Assembly: GCA_905235845.1 (NCBI GenBank)
Contig: CAJONG010000003.1
Coordinates: 1-61,658 of the forward strand
Direction: 5' to 3'
Source: an uncultured Lachnospiraceae bacterium
GTDB lineage: Bacteria > Bacillota > Clostridia > Lachnospirales > Lachnospiraceae
Length of the DNA stretch: 61,658 nucleotides
Below the pieces are notes generated by a model. That model had not been told where the DNA came from. It saw nothing but the letters and a program-made list of their open reading frames with translations, and did not search any database. Shown piece after piece: positions 57,326-61,658 of the stretch. A program made the translations under genes and the position numbers. Each line of letters begins with the position of its first letter. Position 1 is the stretch's first letter.

Positions 57326-57906
57326 CCGCAATACACCTCACCGGCTTTGATAAAAGAACCTGATCCAACATTCACACACTGCACAACAACCGCACCTGCT
57401 CCTACAAACACATGGTCTCCAAGGCACACCTGCCCACATAGACTGGCTCCAACCGCCACATGCGAATAATCTCCGACCACCGTCTCATGCTCCACCAGGA
57501 CCTTGCTGTTAACAATACACATCTTTCCAACCTTAGCCTCAGCATTCACAATAGCACCCTTCCCGATAAAAGTACCCTCACCTATAGCGGCCGTACCAGA
57601 AACGATTGCAGATGGATCAATGACCGCCGGAAGCTCAAATCTGATATCCTTAAGCATCTTATAGAGCTTATCTCTGGTATCGCCTTTGCCCATATATCCA
57701 ACACCAATAGCGGCGTACTTTACTCCACTATCAAAGATATCCTTAAGCACAACATCTGTACCAAGATATTCATATCTGCTGCAAGCTGTATCTTCTCTAA
57801 CATCTGTATATCCGACTATATTAAATTGCTCTGTTCTTTCAATTGTGTCGGCCACACTTTTGGCATGACCGCCAAAGCCGACTAATACTATATCTCTTAT
57901 CCTCAT
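57322..57906 (-). CDS. neuD: NeuD/PglD/LegH family hexapeptide acetyltransferase
   Basis: VGFGGHAKSV, IDPSAIVS, EHET hexapeptide repeats; start placed at ATG 57906. Confidence 0.85.
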   Translation of the reverse strand: MRIRDIVLVGFGGHAKSVADTIERTEQFNIVGYTDVREDTACSRYEYLGTDVVLKDIFDSGVKYAAIGVGYMGKGDTRDKLYKMLKDIRFELPAVIDPSAIVSGTAAIGEGTFIGKGAIVNAEAKVGKMCIVNSKVLVEHETVVGDYSHVAVGASLCGQVCLGDHVFVGAGAVVVQCVNVGSGSFIKAGEVYCG

Positions 57907-57975
57907 ACCCCTTTTAGCAAAAACATAATGCTTTTTGCTCCTATTACCTGGTATATAGCATTTATAGCATCCCAC

Positions 57976-59292
57976 CTATAATCTCCAGTATATATAATCC
58001 TCGCTTTCATATTCACTCTTATCGAATAATCCCTTAATATCTGCCAGGACTTTAACCTTATTATTCTTATTAAAGAAACTATCTATATCCGACTTATTAA
58101 GCTTCAAAAACTCATCATGTGCAACCGCTATGATCACGGCATCCATATCCTTGATATCAGACATCGCGCCAAATGTAATGCCATAAAGTCTCTTAGCTTC
58201 GTCAGCATCAGCCGTGGTATCAACTACAAGCGGAGTGATACCATATTCACCAAGTTCATTGTAGATATCTATCACCTTGGTATTACGCGTATCCGGACAA
58301 TTCTCCTTGAACGTGAAGCCAAGTATTGCAATCTTAGCACCCTTAACCGGTCTGTCGGCTGCAATAAGCTTTTTAACAATAGACTCTGCCACATACTTAC
58401 CCATGTCGTCATTGATACGCCTTCCGGATAATATGATCTGACTGTGATATCCTAATTGCTCTGCCTTATATGTAAGATAATACGGATCAACACCGATACA
58501 GTGTCCACCAACAAGCCCCGGGGAGAATTTGAGGAAATTCCACTTGGTTCCTGCAGCGCGCAGAACCGCCTGAGTATCAATACCCATCTTATCGAATATG
58601 ATCGACAACTCATTCATGAAAGCGATATTGATGTCACGCTGACTGTTCTCTATAACTTTAGCCGCCTCAGCAACCTTGATTGACTCTGCCCTGTGCACAC
58701 CAGCCTCTACAACAAGCTCATATACATGCGCCACCTCATCAAGTGTCTCCTCATCCATACCTGATACAATCTTAGTGATCGTCTCAAGTCTGTGCACCTT
58801 ATCGCCCGGGTTGATTCGCTCAGGCGAATAACCGATCTTAAAATCTATACCACACTTAAGGCCTGACTCCTTTTCCAATATGGGCACACAGACATCCTCG
58901 GTAACTCCCGGGTAAACCGTCGACTCAAAAACAACGATCGATCCCTTGCTTAAATTGCGACCAAGAATCCTGCTTGCGCCTTCAACCGGTGTAAGATCCG
59001 GAGTGTGGTCATCATTAACGGGTGTCGGCACTGCCACAATGTAGAACTTCGCTTCCTTAAGCTTCGTCTCATCGGATGTAAACTCAACCTTCGTATTACG
59101 AATCACATCGTCGCCAACCTCGTTCGTAGGGTCGATTCCGTTCTTGTAGAGGTTGATCTTGGCCTCGTTAAGGTCATACCCTATTACACTCACCTTGCGT
59201 GCAAACGCAACAGCGATCGGCATGCCCACGTAACCGAGCCCCACAAGCGCTATCTTCTCTTCTCCATTAACAATCTTCTCATATAAGCTCAT
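57976..59292 (-). CDS. UDP-N-acetylhexosamine 6-dehydrogenase (WbpO/TviB-like)
   Basis: GLGYVG, ESTVYPG, YSPERINPGD, AKVIENSQRD, GGHCIGVDPYY, FKENCPDTRN. Confidence 0.93.
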   Translation of the reverse strand: MSLYEKIVNGEEKIALVGLGYVGMPIAVAFARKVSVIGYDLNEAKINLYKNGIDPTNEVGDDVIRNTKVEFTSDETKLKEAKFYIVAVPTPVNDDHTPDLTPVEGASRILGRNLSKGSIVVFESTVYPGVTEDVCVPILEKESGLKCGIDFKIGYSPERINPGDKVHRLETITKIVSGMDEETLDEVAHVYELVVEAGVHRAESIKVAEAAKVIENSQRDINIAFMNELSIIFDKMGIDTQAVLRAAGTKWNFLKFSPGLVGGHCIGVDPYYLTYKAEQLGYHSQIILSGRRINDDMGKYVAESIVKKLIAADRPVKGAKIAILGFTFKENCPDTRNTKVIDIYNELGEYGITPLVVDTTADADEAKRLYGITFGAMSDIKDMDAVIIAVAHDEFLKLNKSDIDSFFNKNNKVKVLADIKGLFDKSEYESEDYIYWRL

Positions 59293-59482
59293 GTATCTCT
59301 TCCTTCCTGACTATTTTTATATAAATAATATGCTCTATTTGTATTCGTACTCATACTTGTATTCACATTTACACCTACATTCGCGTCACGCTCACTCTCA
59401 CACTCATACTTGTACAGTATACCATATATGAGGGCCGTTTGGATAAAAAAAGAGGCTTGCCTGATCAAATTTTCATTCTCTA

Positions 59483-59590
59483 TTACTCCTGCAACTTATC
59501 CCGCTGCTTCTCTATAGCCCTAGAATAATGCACATCCCACGTATCATTGATATGGTCATATGTAAAAGCAGGGTCTTCAATTACATCTAA
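59483..59590 (-). pseudogene. remnant of a second Rieske oxygenase copy
   Basis: LDVIEDPAFTYDHINDTWDVHYSRAIE-KQRDKLQE* versus FDVVKDTSYTYDHINDMWNVHYSRVIE...SKRDSLQNL* in 45302..46267. Confidence 0.8.
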
Positions 59591-59713
59591 AACAATCTAT
59601 TAGAAGCCGTATCCTTAATATCTTCTGCCAGATTTTTGGTGTATGTCATAAAAAGTATTTTCCATCCGAGTCCAAATTTGAAGCAAACTCTCTCGATGGA
59701 TTAGCAATCTTTT

Positions 59714-60970
59714 CTAGTACCCTAACAGAGATACCGGCATAATAAATGCAGCTTCGTTTAAAACCCTGATCTTTTCAGCATTATCAATTACCATCCCCTG
59801 CTTGATTGGCATATTATACTTTGCAAGTACATTGAAGTTTTTCGTGGGTTTACTTGGTGCAATCCCCTTCTTGATCTCTACGGGATACAATGCTCCATCT
59901 TTAACAAGAAGAATGTCAACTTCCTTTTTATCGATATCTCTGTAGTAATATATATATTGATTCGGCTCTATCCCGTGATTGTAAAAGCTCTTTATTATCT
60001 CACCTACCACATATGTTTCAAAAAAGGCTCCGCTCATCGCACAATCCATCAGCATCTGAGCATTTGGCCATTTGCAAAGATATGCACAAAGTCCCGTATC
60101 CATAAAATACAGTTTTGGAGCTTTGATTATACGTTTGGAAGCATTTGCCATATATGGTTCAAGAAGATAAATAATTCCCGAAGTTTGCAATATTGATATC
60201 CATCGTTTACATGTTTCAACATTTATGCCTATAGCATTAGATATTTCATTATACACAACTTCCTGCGCCGTTCTGAATGCTAAAAGTGAAATAAACTTAC
60301 GAAACTGCATTTCACTTGATGCGCTGATAAGCTTTCTCACATCTTTTTCGATATATGTATCTATGTATGCCTTATAATATATATCCCGCTTGGATTCACC
60401 TGTGCAAATGTCCGGCATACCACCTTGAAAAATATCTTCAAACACCAACCCGCTGCTTCTATAAAAATCCTTATGATCATGCTGCTTGTTCAGTAGTCTC
60501 TGCATATCAATATCAAACAACGATCCGCTTATACCCCGTTTTTCTGTCTGTGTAAAACCTGACATATTGATAACGGCCGTTCTTCCTGCAAGAGACTCTG
60601 ATATTCCCTCCTGAAGTTCAAACTGGTTCGACCCTGTCAGCACAAACATTAAACGTCTCGGCTCATTATTCTTCATCCAGATACGTCTCTGTTTATCTAC
60701 AATTTTCTTTATCTCACTAAGCAATCCTACCGCTTTTTGTACTTCATCTATAATCAGCGGCCAAGGATGAGACTCAAAAAAGGCTCTGGGATTTGATAAA
60801 GCCATATCCAGTTCTTCCGCATCATCAAGGGTCACAGTTTCAAAGTCATCTCCGAATAGTTGATCCACAGTAGTTGACTTGCCAACCTGACGACTCCCAT
60901 ATATGGTTATTACCTGAAAGGACTCTGCTGCATCAAGTAATATTTTCTCAATGTCTCTTTTAATATACAT
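59714..60970 (-). CDS. ATP-binding protein (AAA_14 + DUF4143)
   Basis: YGSRQVGKST, IIDEVQK, LTGS, ESLAGR, KAPKLYFMDTGL, YYRD...EVD, PVEIK. Confidence 0.92.
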   Translation of the reverse strand: MYIKRDIEKILLDAAESFQVITIYGSRQVGKSTTVDQLFGDDFETVTLDDAEELDMALSNPRAFFESHPWPLIIDEVQKAVGLLSEIKKIVDKQRRIWMKNNEPRRLMFVLTGSNQFELQEGISESLAGRTAVINMSGFTQTEKRGISGSLFDIDMQRLLNKQHDHKDFYRSSGLVFEDIFQGGMPDICTGESKRDIYYKAYIDTYIEKDVRKLISASSEMQFRKFISLLAFRTAQEVVYNEISNAIGINVETCKRWISILQTSGIIYLLEPYMANASKRIIKAPKLYFMDTGLCAYLCKWPNAQMLMDCAMSGAFFETYVVGEIIKSFYNHGIEPNQYIYYYRDIDKKEVDILLVKDGALYPVEIKKGIAPSKPTKNFNVLAKYNMPIKQGMVIDNAEKIRVLNEAAFIMPVSLLGY

Positions 60971-61658
60971 ATCTCTTCTTACTCCTTTCGTGGTAATGAT
61001 AGCATATATATTCGATTAAATCAATATTTGACTATAGTTTTAATCGCAATAATGCTTATGTCTTTTCTTACTGCACATTTTCCCCTCTGCCCTGATTATT
61101 TTTATAGGCTCTGCGCTTCGATTAATCTTGCCGCTATCATGTTGACTAAAATATATAATCAGCCTGTTTTTATCACAAACGAGCAACGCTACTATTCCCC
61201 AAAAATAAGAAAATAGCGATTTTATGGAATAAAAAAGGAAGCTCCGTCTGATGATGAACCTTTGAATTAAGATGATCTACCAGCGACGCTTGATTAGTAC
61301 CGTAGTAGCCTTTGTATTTCCTGCTGTGTTCTGTACTTCTTTTTTAGGATTTGCGGATGATTTGTGTTATATTATACTTCGGAACTCAGGAGGGAAGAAA
61401 AAAGTGGCTCAAAACTGTTGAGAAATATCAGCAATATAGATATAATTAGAAGCATCTATTTCAACATAAAAAAGGAAAGGTAACCTTTATTGTATGCAAT
61501 AAGGTGCTATTTATTTCGCAAAATGGATTCAAAAGAAAAAGTAACAGTATTAATAACGATACTAGTAGATTATTGGTTTCCTCTCACTCTCAAAATATAT
61601 ACCAGCATCAGAGTCATAAACCTGTATGCCTATTTCAGCTACCACTTCCACCCTTTTC

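Noticed and set aside
57903-57975. Possible extra gene tail (WDAINAIYQVIGAKSIMFLLKGV*) between the dehydrogenase and neuD
   Set aside because: Could be another scar, but I cannot assign it to any family.
59335-59420. Low-complexity alternating sequence upstream of the dehydrogenase
   Set aside because: Degenerate microsatellite-like DNA; no supported RNA structure or ORF.
61028-61658. 62-aa ORF, possible IS end, or 3' end of a minus-strand gene at the window edge
   Set aside because: No motifs, terminal inverted repeats or sufficient length to support a call.

Overview
61.7-kb window that looks like an anaerobic Firmicute chromosome (Lachnospiraceae/Butyrivibrio-like by gene content; an inference). 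Most genes are on the minus strand. (i) 1-20 kb is core-type: LysM/G5/M23 peptidase, small alarmone synthetase, galE, sugar nucleotidyltransferase, GH36, a VTC/DUF4956/Cthe_2159 operon, cstA and a K+ channel. (ii) 20-44 kb and 56-59 kb form a large, fragmented surface-glycan locus: priming transferase, PglK-like ABC flippase, GT2/GT4/GT-C-like proteins, MBOAT+SGNH, two AsnB amidotransferases, nonulosonic-acid genes neuA/B/C/D and a UDP-HexNAc dehydrogenase. (iii) 44-46 kb holds rubrerythrin, desulfoferrodoxin and a Rieske oxygenase. (iv) 46-56 kb is an accessory island, much of it AT-rich, beside a tyrosine recombinase. It carries an aspartate-carbamoyltransferase homolog with a rewired acceptor site, tail-to-tail with an effector-less STAND-TPR ATPase, plus MNT/broken HEPN, FRG, AAA-PD-(D/E)XK and a beta-flower(PGY)n-HEPN pair. 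Reading the intergenic DNA shows at least six short gene scars: EctB, TupA ATP-grasp, HEPN, two GT4-like tails, a second Rieske copy and possibly a helicase motif. These point to repeated deletion/replacement remodelling of the locus. The best novel-system candidates are the carbamoyltransferase/STAND-TPR pair and the beta-flower/HEPN pair. All family calls come from motif recognition by eye, not database searches.
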